From Methylobacterium sp. EM32 (lineage in GTDB: Bacteria; Pseudomonadota; Alphaproteobacteria; Rhizobiales; Beijerinckiaceae): 64,000 nt of DNA. Shown here one piece after another: positions 9,100 to 19,400 of this stretch. Positions within the stretch are counted from its first letter, which is position 1. Each line of letters opens with the position of its first letter. The DNA is taken from the NCBI RefSeq assembly GCF_040593685.1, contig NZ_JBEXZS010000136.1:1-64000 (forward strand), written 5' to 3'. A program made the position numbers and the translations under genes. Below the pieces are notes generated by a model. It saw only the letters and a program-made list of their open reading frames with translations, was not told the DNA's origin and ran no database searches.

Positions 9100-9675
9100 T
9101 CAGACCGTGCCGGTCTGGAGCGGGGTCCGGTTCTTCGGGCTCTCGGGCCGGACCGGCTCGGGCGGGGTCGCCGTGGCGGCGCCCGCCTTGTTCTGGGCCC
9201 GCTCGAACTCGGTCTTGAAGTAGCTCTTCATCGTCTCCGGCTCGAAGTCGAGCAGGGTGCCGCCGGCCTCGAAGTGCTGGACGAAGACCCGCGCCAGGGC
9301 GATCGTCGCCGCGGCGGAGAGGGCCGGCATCACGGCGGCGCCGGCCAGGGTACCGACGAGCGGGATCGACTTGGCCAGGCTGCCGATGCCGCCGCCGGCC
9401 AGGACCGCCGGCAGGCCGCTGCCGAGCAGCGAGCCGACCAGGACCCGCACCCGCTCCTGCGAGAACGGCAGGTCGTAGAGCTTGGCCAGCTCGCCGACCA
9501 TCTTGTACTGCGCCGTGGCGACGGCCGCCACGTCGAGCACCGGCAGCGGGATCAGGCCGAGCCCGGCCGACCACAACGTGTACTTGCGGATGATCTGGTC
9601 GACCTGCTCGCGGCGGCTCGTCGGCAGCGCCGCGTCGACCGTCTTCGCCAGTTCGCTCGTCGTCTCTGAAGCCAT
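9100..9675 (-). CDS. DUF697/YcjF-C-terminal-like membrane protein
   Basis: ORF 9100..9735. The preferred start is ATG 9675 (MASETTSELAKT) with SD GGAGAGAGGG. It has a Gly/Ala-rich hydrophobic core (GLGLIPLPVLDVAAVATAQ...GSLLGSGLPAVLAGGGIGSLAKSIPLVG). The family assignment is tentative. Confidence 0.5.
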   Translation of the reverse strand: MASETTSELAKTVDAALPTSRREQVDQIIRKYTLWSAGLGLIPLPVLDVAAVATAQYKMVGELAKLYDLPFSQERVRVLVGSLLGSGLPAVLAGGGIGSLAKSIPLVGTLAGAAVMPALSAAATIALARVFVQHFEAGGTLLDFEPETMKSYFKTEFERAQNKAGAATATPPEPVRPESPKNRTPLQTGTV

Positions 9676-9762
9676 GTCGCCCTCTCTCCGAAGCTGCATC
9701 CGAAGCATCGCCCGATCGTTTTCGCGATCGGACACTGATCCGGGTCCCTGATCACGGTGGTC

Positions 9763-9828
9763 TGATCGTGCCGCATTCCTTCAGCGACGAACCGGCATCC
9801 ACGTCGTCGGAGAATGCCCCGAGGCGGC
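9763..9828 (+). promoter_or_regulatory. Copy A of the ~60-nt conserved structured motif, in the 5' region of the DUF697 gene
   Basis: gccgcattccttcagcgacgaaccggcatccacgtcgtcggagaatgc matches gccgcattgtcttcgacgaaccggtgtccacttcgtcggaaaatgc at 378-438. Confidence 0.3.
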
Positions 9829-10123
9829 ACGGCGCCGGGCGGCCCGCCTCGTTGCCCGCCGCCGTCCTTCGCCGCGTCGTCATCGCACGGCCCTGCGTCG
9901 AAGTCTACTTGATTGTCGCCCGATATCCGGATTTTTCTTCGAAAATCCAAGACATCTGACTGCAACGGCATTTGATAGACGCTCGCCAAGCGCGCGCCTC
10001 GATGAATTTTCCTAGAAAATCGTTGCGAAGCCGGTCTCGGACATCCTATACGATCGGAGCATTTCCGGCATCGTCCGATCGGATTCGCGGCCTTCGACGC
10101 CGCCTCATCCTCGCGAGGCTCAC

Positions 10124-10930
10124 ATGAACACTGTCCCCGTCCGTGGCACCACTGCGGTGACCGCCGGCACCCGGCGCTGGCTGCCGCACGCGAACGGCGC
10201 GACCTCGTGCGACCTGCGGTTGATCTGCCTGCCCTATGCGGGCGGCGGCGCCTCGGTCTTCGCGCCCCTGCGCCGGCACGCCCCGGACTGGCTCGACGTG
10301 CTCCCGGTGCAGCTGCCCGGCCGGGAGAACCGGATGGCCGAGGCCGCGATCGCCGCGATGCCGACCCTCGTCGACGCCCTGACGGAGGCGCTGGCGCCGG
10401 TGCTGGACCAGCCCTACGCCCTGCTCGGCTACTCGGTCGGCGCCCGGGTCGCGTTCTGCCTGACGCAGGCGCTGGCGCGGGCTGGCCTGCCCCCGCCCCG
10501 GCTCGTGATGGTGGCGGCCCACCGCGCCCCGGACCTGCCGGCCCGCGGCCCGGCGCTCCACACCCTGCCCTCCGCGGAGTTCTGGGACCGGCTCGCCCGC
10601 TACGAGGGCACGCCCGCGGCGATCCTCGACAACCCGGAATTCCGCGCCCTGTTCGAGGCGCCCCTGCGGGCGGATTTCGCCCTGGCCGAGACGCCGCTCG
10701 ACGGCGCCGGCCAGCGGCTGCCCTGCCCGGTCGCCGCCTTCGCCGGAAGCCGGGACGCCCTGGTCTCGCCGGCCGACATCGCCGGCTGGGCCCGCGCGAC
10801 CTCGGCCGGCTTCGACTGCACCACGATCGCGGGCGGCCACTTCTTCCTGCGCGACGCGGCAGAGGAATTTCGCGCGGCGGTCTACGACCGCCTCGCGCCC
10901 CTTGCCCGCCGGGCCCGGCACGCCGCCTGA
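10124..10930 (+). CDS. Type II (editing) thioesterase
   Basis: 268 aa. CLPYAGGGASVFAPL and GYSVGARVAF (GxSxG) are typical of alpha/beta-hydrolase TEII proteins associated with NRPS/PKS clusters. Confidence 0.85.
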   Translation: MNTVPVRGTTAVTAGTRRWLPHANGATSCDLRLICLPYAGGGASVFAPLRRHAPDWLDVLPVQLPGRENRMAEAAIAAMPTLVDALTEALAPVLDQPYALLGYSVGARVAFCLTQALARAGLPPPRLVMVAAHRAPDLPARGPALHTLPSAEFWDRLARYEGTPAAILDNPEFRALFEAPLRADFALAETPLDGAGQRLPCPVAAFAGSRDALVSPADIAGWARATSAGFDCTTIAGGHFFLRDAAEEFRAAVYDRLAPLARRARHAA

Positions 10931-10966
10931 CCGGACCCCCACCGGAGCGCCGCCCCGCGGTGGCGC

Positions 10967-13900
10967 TCAGAACCGCCACCGCAGGCCCCCCAGCACGGTG
11001 TTGTCGGTGCCGAGCCGCGAGAATGCGCCCTCGTAATCGGCGAAGACCGCGAGCGCGTCCGCGACCTGCAGCTCGGCCCGGGCGCCGACCGGCACCACGA
11101 AGGCGTCGCGGGCGAAGCCCCGGACCGCCAGCGGGGTGAAGCCCGGGATCCGCACCTGGGCGTCGGGCGCCTCGAGCACGAGGTCGCGGCCGATCCCGGC
11201 GCGGATCTCGGCATCGAGCAGGCCCGACCAGCCGCCGAGGGACACAGCGACGGTGCGGCCGAGGGCGAGGCTCAGCTCGGGCCGGGCGAGGGCAAAGCGG
11301 GTGCGGCCGATCGTCGAGGCGTAGGACGCCGGCAGGCCCTGCTCGGTATAGGGGCTCTGCTCGACCCTGAGCAGCGTGACCGCTGCCCGGGGCATCAGGC
11401 GGACTTCGCCGGCCTGGAGCGTCGTCAGGGCGCTCAGGCGGCCGGCGAAGCGGGTGTCGTCGAGGCGCCCGCGGGCGAAACCCGCCATGCCCGCGAAGGC
11501 CGTCGGCCGCAGGCTCGCGAGGTCGCCGCGCCCGGCGAGGCCGAAGGCGCTGATCACCGCCGGCCCGACCTCGACCGCGCCGTAGGCAGCGAGCTTGTAG
11601 GCATCGGTATCGAGCCTGGAGGCGTAGCCGCCGGGCGAGGCCTGGGCGGCATTGCGGCTGAACGCCCCCATCACGCCGGCGATGAGGTGCGGGGCGAGCT
11701 CCGCATCGGCCCCGACCATCACCCCGCCGCCGCTGCTCGCGATTCCCGGGACCGGCCCGTCGGCATTGAAGCGGGACACATGGCCGTAGGCCGAGGCCCA
11801 GACAGCCGCGCCCGTCGCCCGCGACCCCGCCGCCAGGGGGCCGCGCTGCGACAGCCAGGTCTTCAGCGATTCGCTGCCCCCGGATTCGGGCGAGGCCGGC
11901 GTGCCGATCGCCCCCGCGCCGGCAGGCGGGCCGAAGGCGCTGTCGGTGCGGAAGGCGTTCGCGCGGCGCTCGAGCAGGTCGAGGGTGCGCAAGGAGTCGG
12001 CCGCACCCGTGCGGGCGGCGGCGTCGGTCTGGAACGGGTTGGCGGTCGCGACCTCGACCGCGACGGGCGAGTACCGCACGCCGGCCCCGGTCCGGCTTCC
12101 GGTCGTCACCGCGTCGAAGCCGCCCTGGACCGCGCCGGCCGTCACGGCGGTATGGATCCCGCCGAACCCGCGCACCGGCACGACCTGGAGGGTGCCGCCG
12201 GCGAGGTTCGCCGCCCCTGCGACGGCGAGCCGGTCGCTGCGCCCGTCGGCGGCGGTCTCGATCACCAGGGCGGTGTCCTGGCCGAGATACGATCCGACCG
12301 ACAGGGGGCCGATGCTGTTGCCCGGCATCACCGTGCCGCCGCCGCCGACCCTGCCGACCACGCGGCCGGTGCCGCTCAGGGTCATGGCGGTGCCGGCCAT
12401 CCCGACGCTGCCGACGACGGTGCCGTCGACCCGCACGGCGTTGGCCGCTCCCCCCATGACGATGTCGCCGCTCACGGTCCCGCCGGGCTGGACCTCGACC
12501 CGGTTGGCGAATCCGCTGCCGCGGATCGCGACCTTGTCGATGGTCGTGCCGTCGTTCAGCACCGTGCCGATCGTCGTCACGGTGCCGGCGACGAGGGCCT
12601 GGTTGCCGGTGCCCGCGAGCGTGATCGCCGGGCCGTTGGCGCCGTTGACCGTGCCGGTCGGCCGGATGTCGAGGGTGTTGAGGCTGCCCTCGATCCGCAC
12701 CCCGACGGAGGAGCTGCCGAGGGTGGCGACGGTGCCGGCGATCTCGGCGCGGTTGCCCACGCCGGTCATCGCCACGCCGGCCGAGCGGGCGCCCCAGATC
12801 TCGAGCCCGGCTCCCTGCTGCAGCGTCAGGTTCGCCGAGCCCTTGAGCGCCACCGCGGCGATGTCGCTGCCGAAGGTGGCGAGGCTCGGCCGCACGAAGG
12901 CCGTCGGCGCCGTGGTGTTGTTCGCCCCGATGACGACGCCGCCGATGAGGCGGTTCGAGGGCTGGATCGTCAGGCCGGTGCCGGCGACGTCGAGGGGTGT
13001 CGTGCGGACGTTGTCGCCGGAGCAGACCCCACCCGTGGGCGCGGCGCCGAAGCTGCACGAGCCCTGCGTCGTCAGCGCCAGGGTGACGTTACGGTCGAGG
13101 GCCCAGAGGACCACCACCGAGGAGAAGTCGCCGGCCTGCTTGTTGGCGTTCGGGTAGACGTAGGGGCCGAAGGCGGCGGTGGCGCCGTAGAGCGGGAACC
13201 ACGGCTGCGCCAGGCTCTGGTAGCCGACGAAGTTGATCGCGTAGGCCGCGTCGAGGTCCCGGTTGTAGAACAGGGACGCGGTGTCGCCGCCGATCAGGCC
13301 GCTATGGCCCAGGAGCCAGGCGCCGGTGCCGACGCTCGGCATGCTGTAGATCGCGAGCCCGTAATGGGCCGGAATGCCCGCGACGCTGCCGTAGGTCGTG
13401 TCCCCGACCCGCTGCGCCTGCGTGGCGGGTGCGAGCAGGCCGAGATTGTTGGTGGCGAGCTGGCGCACCCAGCGCAGCTCGTCCGCCGGGGAGGAGAGGA
13501 CCGCGCCGGCCGACCACGGCACCCGCGGGTCGACGTAGGTCATGTCGAAGCGGCTGCCGTAGGGCACGTTGTAGGTGGTCGTGTCGGCGAACACGTTCTG
13601 CACGGTCTGCGGGAAGCGCGCCGTGTAGCCGGTGCCGGTCGGGAAGGTGGTCTTCGACAGGCCGATCCCGCCCACCATGCCGTCGATCAGCGTCTCGATG
13701 CTCCGGCACCCGGTCGGGGTGAGGCAGGAGGCGCGTTGCGCGATCAGGCCGAGCACCACGAAGTTGGTGTTGGAGTAGTTCATCTGGCCGATCGGCTTCG
13801 GCGTCAGCTGGGTGGCGGCGGCCACCAGCTGCTCGGGCGTGTAGGCCGCGCTGCCGTAGGGACCGGCCGGGCTGGTGAAGTTGGCCCATTCCTGCAGCAC

Positions 13901-14458
13901 GTTGAGGCCCGGCTTGTTGCGCGACGGGCCTATCAGGTAGTCCGGGATGCCGCTCGTCATGCCGAGCAGGTTGCGCACCGTGATCGTGTTGCCGCCCGGG
14001 ATGGCGAGGTCGCCGACCCACTTGTTGATCGGGTCGTTGAGCCCGACGACGCCCTGGTCGACCTGGCCCAGCACCACGGTGCCGGTGAACGACTTCGAGG
14101 CGCTGCCGATGCGGAACTGCATGTCGGCGGTGAGCGGCTGGGTGCGGGCGGCGTCGGCGAAGCCGGCCGCGCCGGTCCAGGCCTGGCTGCCGCCGGCGAG
14201 GCTCACCCCGACGGCGATGCCCTGGGGCTGGCCCTGCGAGAGCGTGGCGTCGAGGAGCCCCTGCACCACGCCGCCGACCTTGGCGATGTCGACCTGGGCG
14301 ATGTTGATCTGGGCGATGTCGGCGGCGAGCGCCCTCCCGGGCGACAGGGCCGCGCCGGCGGGCCACAGGGCCGCCGCCATCCCCAGCCGTGCCGCGCACA
14401 CGAATTTGCCGCGGGGAGACCTGCCCCCCTGGAACCTGACCGCCTGCCGAGCCGACAT
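10967..14458 (-). CDS. Autotransporter: S12/beta-lactamase-fold serine hydrolase (family VIII esterase/peptidase-like) passenger, beta-helical stalk and C-terminal beta-barrel
   Basis: Signal-peptide-like N-terminus. Hydrolase motifs SASK (SxxK), YSN (YxN) and HSG. A long Gly/Thr/Ala-rich repeat region follows. The C-terminal translocator ends ...LGGLRWRF (aromatic terminus). The start is ambiguous among M1, M6 and M32. Confidence 0.8.
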   Translation of the reverse strand: MSARQAVRFQGGRSPRGKFVCAARLGMAAALWPAGAALSPGRALAADIAQINIAQVDIAKVGGVVQGLLDATLSQGQPQGIAVGVSLAGGSQAWTGAAGFADAARTQPLTADMQFRIGSASKSFTGTVVLGQVDQGVVGLNDPINKWVGDLAIPGGNTITVRNLLGMTSGIPDYLIGPSRNKPGLNVLQEWANFTSPAGPYGSAAYTPEQLVAAATQLTPKPIGQMNYSNTNFVVLGLIAQRASCLTPTGCRSIETLIDGMVGGIGLSKTTFPTGTGYTARFPQTVQNVFADTTTYNVPYGSRFDMTYVDPRVPWSAGAVLSSPADELRWVRQLATNNLGLLAPATQAQRVGDTTYGSVAGIPAHYGLAIYSMPSVGTGAWLLGHSGLIGGDTASLFYNRDLDAAYAINFVGYQSLAQPWFPLYGATAAFGPYVYPNANKQAGDFSSVVVLWALDRNVTLALTTQGSCSFGAAPTGGVCSGDNVRTTPLDVAGTGLTIQPSNRLIGGVVIGANNTTAPTAFVRPSLATFGSDIAAVALKGSANLTLQQGAGLEIWGARSAGVAMTGVGNRAEIAGTVATLGSSSVGVRIEGSLNTLDIRPTGTVNGANGPAITLAGTGNQALVAGTVTTIGTVLNDGTTIDKVAIRGSGFANRVEVQPGGTVSGDIVMGGAANAVRVDGTVVGSVGMAGTAMTLSGTGRVVGRVGGGGTVMPGNSIGPLSVGSYLGQDTALVIETAADGRSDRLAVAGAANLAGGTLQVVPVRGFGGIHTAVTAGAVQGGFDAVTTGSRTGAGVRYSPVAVEVATANPFQTDAAARTGAADSLRTLDLLERRANAFRTDSAFGPPAGAGAIGTPASPESGGSESLKTWLSQRGPLAAGSRATGAAVWASAYGHVSRFNADGPVPGIASSGGGVMVGADAELAPHLIAGVMGAFSRNAAQASPGGYASRLDTDAYKLAAYGAVEVGPAVISAFGLAGRGDLASLRPTAFAGMAGFARGRLDDTRFAGRLSALTTLQAGEVRLMPRAAVTLLRVEQSPYTEQGLPASYASTIGRTRFALARPELSLALGRTVAVSLGGWSGLLDAEIRAGIGRDLVLEAPDAQVRIPGFTPLAVRGFARDAFVVPVGARAELQVADALAVFADYEGAFSRLGTDNTVLGGLRWRF

Positions 14459-14630
14459 TCTGTGCCCCCGCACGTTCCGTCACGCTATCGATCGAGCGCC
14501 CGGCTCCGGCGCCTGGCCGGGAGTCACGGGCGTTGCGGGAAGCCGGTGCTCCGGCGTCCCGCAGAGAAAACTGCACGCTTTCCGGCAAGCGGGGGCTCTC
14601 CAGAGAGAACCTCTTTGGAGTGAGGCGCGG

Positions 14631-14790
14631 GATCCCCTCTCCCGTGTGGGAGAGGGGTAGGGGTGAGGGTGGAGACGGTGCCGCAAGAAGGCTGAACCGT
14701 TCCGCTGCCAGCACCACGCTCAGCGTTTCACACTGAAGCGTGTCACCCTCACCCCCGGCCCCTCTCCCACTCGGGAGAGGGGGGACCTGA
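14631..14790. repeat. REP/MITE-like palindromic element, copy 1 (terminal hairpins cccctctccc-N5-gggagagggg)
   Basis: A second copy lies at 48527-48696 in inverse orientation. Internal inverted repeat ggggtgagggtg/caccctcacccc. It is intergenic between the autotransporter and the ABC exporter. Confidence 0.7.
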
Positions 14791-14822
14791 GCTATTTCTT
14801 TTCTCCGAATCGCCCCGCACGA

Positions 14823-16457
14823 CTACTCCGCCATCACCGAAGCAGTCCTGACCACGTCAAGCCGGCCATTCTTCATGTCGACATGGATATCTGCCAAGTC
14901 GAAATACGCGTCGTCATGCGTGATTGCGATCACGGTTATTCCACGACCCTTGAGGAATGGCAAGACGACGCGGTAGAATTTCTCGCGAAAATGCGGATCC
15001 TGGTCGGCAGCCCATTCGTCGAACACGCAGATCGGGCGTTTCTCCAGGAGAGACCCGATCAGCGCCAGGCGTTTGCGCTGTCCACCCGACAACTTCGTGA
15101 CGGTGAAGCGTCCATTCTCCAACTTCGACTTGTGCTGCATTTCGAGAAGTGCGAACAATTCGTCGGCAAGCGCAGCATCGATCTCCTGGATGCCGTAGAG
15201 CTCGGAGAAGAGGTGGTTGTCCGAGAAGATGACCGAGAACAGGTTGCGGTAATCGGCCAGGGTGGCGGCGGTGACGGGGGTGCCGTCGACCCGGATGACG
15301 CCGCTGCTCGCCGGGTAGAGGCCGATCAGCATGCGGATGAAGGTGGTCTTGCCCGAGCCGTTGCCGCCGGTGAGGAACAGGGTGACGCCGCGCTCGACCG
15401 TGAGGTCGACCGGCCCGACCCGGAAGCCGCTCTCGCCCCCGGCGGCGTGGTGGGAGAAGGTCGCCCCATCGAGGACGATGCGGCGGAACCCGGCGAAGCG
15501 CCCGGCCACCGGCGCGGGCCCGGCCCCGGCCTCGCCGAGCCGCGCCTCCATCCGGGTGATGTTCTCGGCGGCCGCGTTGGCGTTGGCGAAGATCGGCAGG
15601 CTGCCGACCACGTTCGAGACCGGGCCGATCAGGAACAGGCTCGCGGTCGTGGTCATCACCACCACCTCGACATGGGCCTGGCTGACGTTCGGCACCACGA
15701 ACACCATGATCCCGGTGAGGATGAAGAACGTCACCTGCGAGGTCACGAAGTCGGTGGCGTAGGCGGTCTGGGTGCCGATCCGCATCCGCGTCACCTCGGC
15801 CGAGATGCGGGCGATCCGGGCCGCGATGGCGTCGGAGCGCTCCGTGCTCATCTTCACTTCCTTGAAGCCGTCGAGCATGTCGCTCAGGCCCTCGATCAGG
15901 TCGTTCTCGCGCTCGAAGGCGGCGCGCAGCTGGCGCTTCACCTCGCCGCTGCGCGAGAGGTGGATCATCGCGCCGAGCAGCGTGAAGCCGGACGAGAGCA
16001 GGAAGGCGGTCTGCGACAGGGCCGCCATGTAGACGAGCGTGAACCCGACCAGGATAGCCGACTGGACCGCGATGACGACGTTGGGCGCCGCCTGCGACAG
16101 GATCTGCGTCTCGCGGGTGAGGCAGGCATAGATCTCGGACCGGCCGACCTCGTCGAGGTCGAGGTATTCGGCCCGCCGGGCGCGCTCGACGAGGCGCGTG
16201 CGCATCCGGTCGATCAGCCGCTCGACCTTGTCGCAGACCTCGACCATCAGCGTGCGCTGGGTGACGACGAAGATCGCGATGGCGAGGCCGAACAGGACCA
16301 GGTTGCGGAAGTTGTCGGCCTGGTTCTGGACGTTGGCGGCCGCGACGTTGATGATGGCGAGCACGCCCGCATTGGACAGGCCCGAGAGCGCCGCCAGCAC
16401 CAGGAAGCGCGGACCGTCGACGCCCGCCTCCCGGCGGAAGAGGTCGAGCACCTTCAT
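14823..16457 (-). CDS. ABC transporter, fused permease/ATPase, cyclic-peptide exporter family (SyrD/PvdE-like)
   Basis: ORF 14823..16670. The real start is ATG 16457 (MKVLDLFRREAGV), overlapping the NRPS stop as ATGA. It has six TM helices, then Walker A GGNGSGKTT, signature LSGGQRKRLAL and Walker B ICVFDE. Confidence 0.85.
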   Translation of the reverse strand: MKVLDLFRREAGVDGPRFLVLAALSGLSNAGVLAIINVAAANVQNQADNFRNLVLFGLAIAIFVVTQRTLMVEVCDKVERLIDRMRTRLVERARRAEYLDLDEVGRSEIYACLTRETQILSQAAPNVVIAVQSAILVGFTLVYMAALSQTAFLLSSGFTLLGAMIHLSRSGEVKRQLRAAFERENDLIEGLSDMLDGFKEVKMSTERSDAIAARIARISAEVTRMRIGTQTAYATDFVTSQVTFFILTGIMVFVVPNVSQAHVEVVVMTTTASLFLIGPVSNVVGSLPIFANANAAAENITRMEARLGEAGAGPAPVAGRFAGFRRIVLDGATFSHHAAGGESGFRVGPVDLTVERGVTLFLTGGNGSGKTTFIRMLIGLYPASSGVIRVDGTPVTAATLADYRNLFSVIFSDNHLFSELYGIQEIDAALADELFALLEMQHKSKLENGRFTVTKLSGGQRKRLALIGSLLEKRPICVFDEWAADQDPHFREKFYRVVLPFLKGRGITVIAITHDDAYFDLADIHVDMKNGRLDVVRTASVMAE

Positions 16458-19400
16458 TCGGCGAGCAGCCGGTCGAGATCGTCGAGGGACAGCCCCTCGA
16501 AGGTCAGGTCGGAGGGCGTCACCTCCGCCTCCCCCCGCGAGAGGCAATGGGCGACCACCGCCTCGATCGCGTCCCGGTAGGCGGACAGCAGCGCCTGCGC
16601 CTCCTCGCGGGAGGTCCGGGCGCCGTCGAGATCGAGGCCGACCTCCATCTCGCCGTCGACCACCAGGCACAGCACGTCGGTGTGGTGGGGCCGCACGGCC
16701 TCGGGGTCGAGGGCGCCGCCGGGGGCGTCCCAGTCGACCGCGAACCGGCCGCCGCGCCGCGCCTCCGCCCCCATCTGCCCGAGATAGTTGAAGCTCACGC
16801 CCGGCCGCAGCCGCGGCGCGTCGGGCAGCGCCTGCATCGGGAGCCAGGTGAAGCCGTGGTCGGGCACGCGCCGGCGCCCGTCCTTGGCGGTGCGGATCGT
16901 GTCGGCGAGGTCGGCGCAGGCGTGCAGCTCCAGCGGGTGGAACATCGTGAACCAGCCGACCGTCCGGCCGGTGGCCGGGGCGCTCTCACCGAGCAGGTCC
17001 GCCGGGCGGTACTCGCGCCCGTGGCCCTCCAGCGTCACCAGGGTGCGGCGGGTGCCGGAATGCCGCTCCAGCGCGACCGCGAGGGCGGCGAGCAGCAGGT
17101 CCTCCGGGCCGGTGCCGTAGGCCCGGTTCGCCTCGGCCACGAGCGCGGCGGTCAGGTCCCGCGGCAGCCGCGCCCGCACCGAGAGCGCGTCGCCAACCCG
17201 GGCCGGGGGCGCTTCCGAGGCGGAATCGGGCGCGACCTGGCGCCAGGTGCGCAGGCGGCTCGTCCAGTCGATGGTGTCCGCGATCGTCGCCAGGGCCGCG
17301 GCGTGGTCGCGATAGGAATGGGTCTTCTCTGGCAGGCGCGGCGCGGCGCCGGAAAGCGCCGCCTCGTAGGCCGATTCGAGATCCTCCAGGAGGATGCCCC
17401 ACGAGACCGCGTCGACGACGAGGTGATGGGCGACGAGGAGCAGGCGGTGGCGCGCGCCGGTGCGGTCGAGGAGGGCGGCGAGGAGCGGCGTCCCGTCGAG
17501 GTCGAACCCGGCCTGGAGCCTGGAGGCCGCCGCCGCGAAGGCGGCCTCGCCACCAAGCGCCTCCCTGTCATGTGCGGGCAGCTCGGCGAGGCGGGGCGGA
17601 TCCCCGGGTGCCCGGAAGACCTGGCGCCAGCCCTCCGCCTCCTTGGTGAAGCGGGCCCGCAGGGCGTCGTGGTGGCGCCAGACCTCCGCCAGGGCGATTC
17701 CCATCGCCGCCGGGTCGATGTGGTCGGCGCGCAGCACCACCGCCTGGTTGAAGTGGCGCGGGCGCTCGGACGTCTCCAGGAACCAGCGCTGGATCGGGGT
17801 CAGCGGCACCGCGCCGACCACCGGCCCCTGATCGGCCCGGACCACGACCGGGCGCAGCACCGCGGCGAACTGCTCGGCGGTCGGGTTCTGGAACACGTCG
17901 CGGATCTCGCTCCGCCAGCCCTCCTGCCGCAGGCGCGACACGATCTGGATGGCGCGGATCGAATCGCCGCCGAGGCCGAAGAAGTCGTCCTGGACGCCGA
18001 TGTCCCGGCGCTCCATCACCTCGCCCCAGACCCGCAGGACCAGGGATTCGAGGGCCGTCTGCGGCGCGCGGCCTTCCGCCGGCGCGACCATCCCCGGGGC
18101 CGGCAGCGCCGCGCGGTCGACCTTGCCGTTGAGGGTGACGGGCATCCGCTCCAGCGGCACCAGGAAGGCCGGCACCGCGTAGGCCGGCAGCACCGTCAGC
18201 AGGTGCCGGCGCAACGCCACCGGCGAGGGGGTCTCGAAGCGCGGGATGCCATCGCCGGAAAAGAGCCCGTCATAGAACGGCGTCTGCCGGAAGCCGCCGC
18301 CGAAATGCGCGCTGAGGTAGCGGAACGGAACCGCCTCGCCGCATTCCCGCACGACGCGTCCGTCGAGGGCGAAATCGGCGTTGAGGCCGTTGCCGCACAG
18401 TCGCCGGTCGATCGACATCGCGATCCGGTCGCCTTCCCGCACCGCCACCGGCAGGTCGAAGACGGGGAGATAGACGGGCAGCCAGCTGCCGGGATTGTCG
18501 AGGATGTCGACCACCGCGTCCGCGTCGACGCCGAGCCGCAGCCAGACCAGGAAGCCGGTGAGGTCGCAGTCGCGCGTCACCGTGAGGGCGACGTCGTGGC
18601 GTTCCTCCAGCGGCACCTCCCTCGTGTAATCGAGGTACTCGAACACCCCGTCGTCGGAGACGATCGCCTCCCGCGGCAGGTTCTTCAGGCACAGGCGCAG
18701 GTCGAAGGGCTGGCCGACCTCGGCGAAGATCTTTTCCACGTAATGCGCCGCGACGTCGCTGAATCCGGGGGCGAGGCGGTCGCGCGGCAGCGACAGGGCG
18801 GCGATGCAGGTGTCGCTGAAGCGCGGCAGCATCGCCGCCGGATCCTTGAGGAAGCGGCGGGCGCCGTTGATGATCCGCGCCGCGCCCTCGGCGCCGCCGA
18901 TCGCCCCGACGATCTCCGAGATGCAGGCATCGACGGGTTCCGGCAGCGCCAGGGTGAGCGCGTCGCCGTGGATGACCTCGATCCGGTCCGACAGGCCGAG
19001 CCGCGCCACGGTCTCCCGCGCCTTGCGGGCGGTCGCCTCCAGGCGGTCGACGGCGTAGACCTTGCGCGCCCCGGCCTCGATCGCGAGCCGGGCCAGGATC
19101 ACCACCGGGCCGGTGCCGATATCGATCACGGTCTTGCCCGGCAGGTGGCGGGCGAAGGCCTCGCGGTAGCGCTGGTTGCGGCCCTCGTCGGCCGCCATGC
19201 TGCCATAGGCGACGTCGTCGTAGACGTAGAACTCGGCCACCGAGGGCCACAGCTCGACCGGCGCGTCGGCGCAGTAATAGGCGGCGAGCGCCGTCGATCC
19301 CTCCGGACGCGCGACCGGGGTGACGAGCGCGTCGCGCAGGCCCGGCACCCGGCGCAAAGCCGCCTCGACCTCGCCGATCTCGATGCGGTGGCCCGAGACC

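Noticed and set aside
14480-14736. Short ORFs (14480-14686, 14533-14736, 48481-48777) overlapping the REP-like elements
   Set aside because: They are composed of the palindromic repeat itself (PSPTRERG / PLPHGRGG translations of cccctctcccgtgtgggagagggg) and are not genes.
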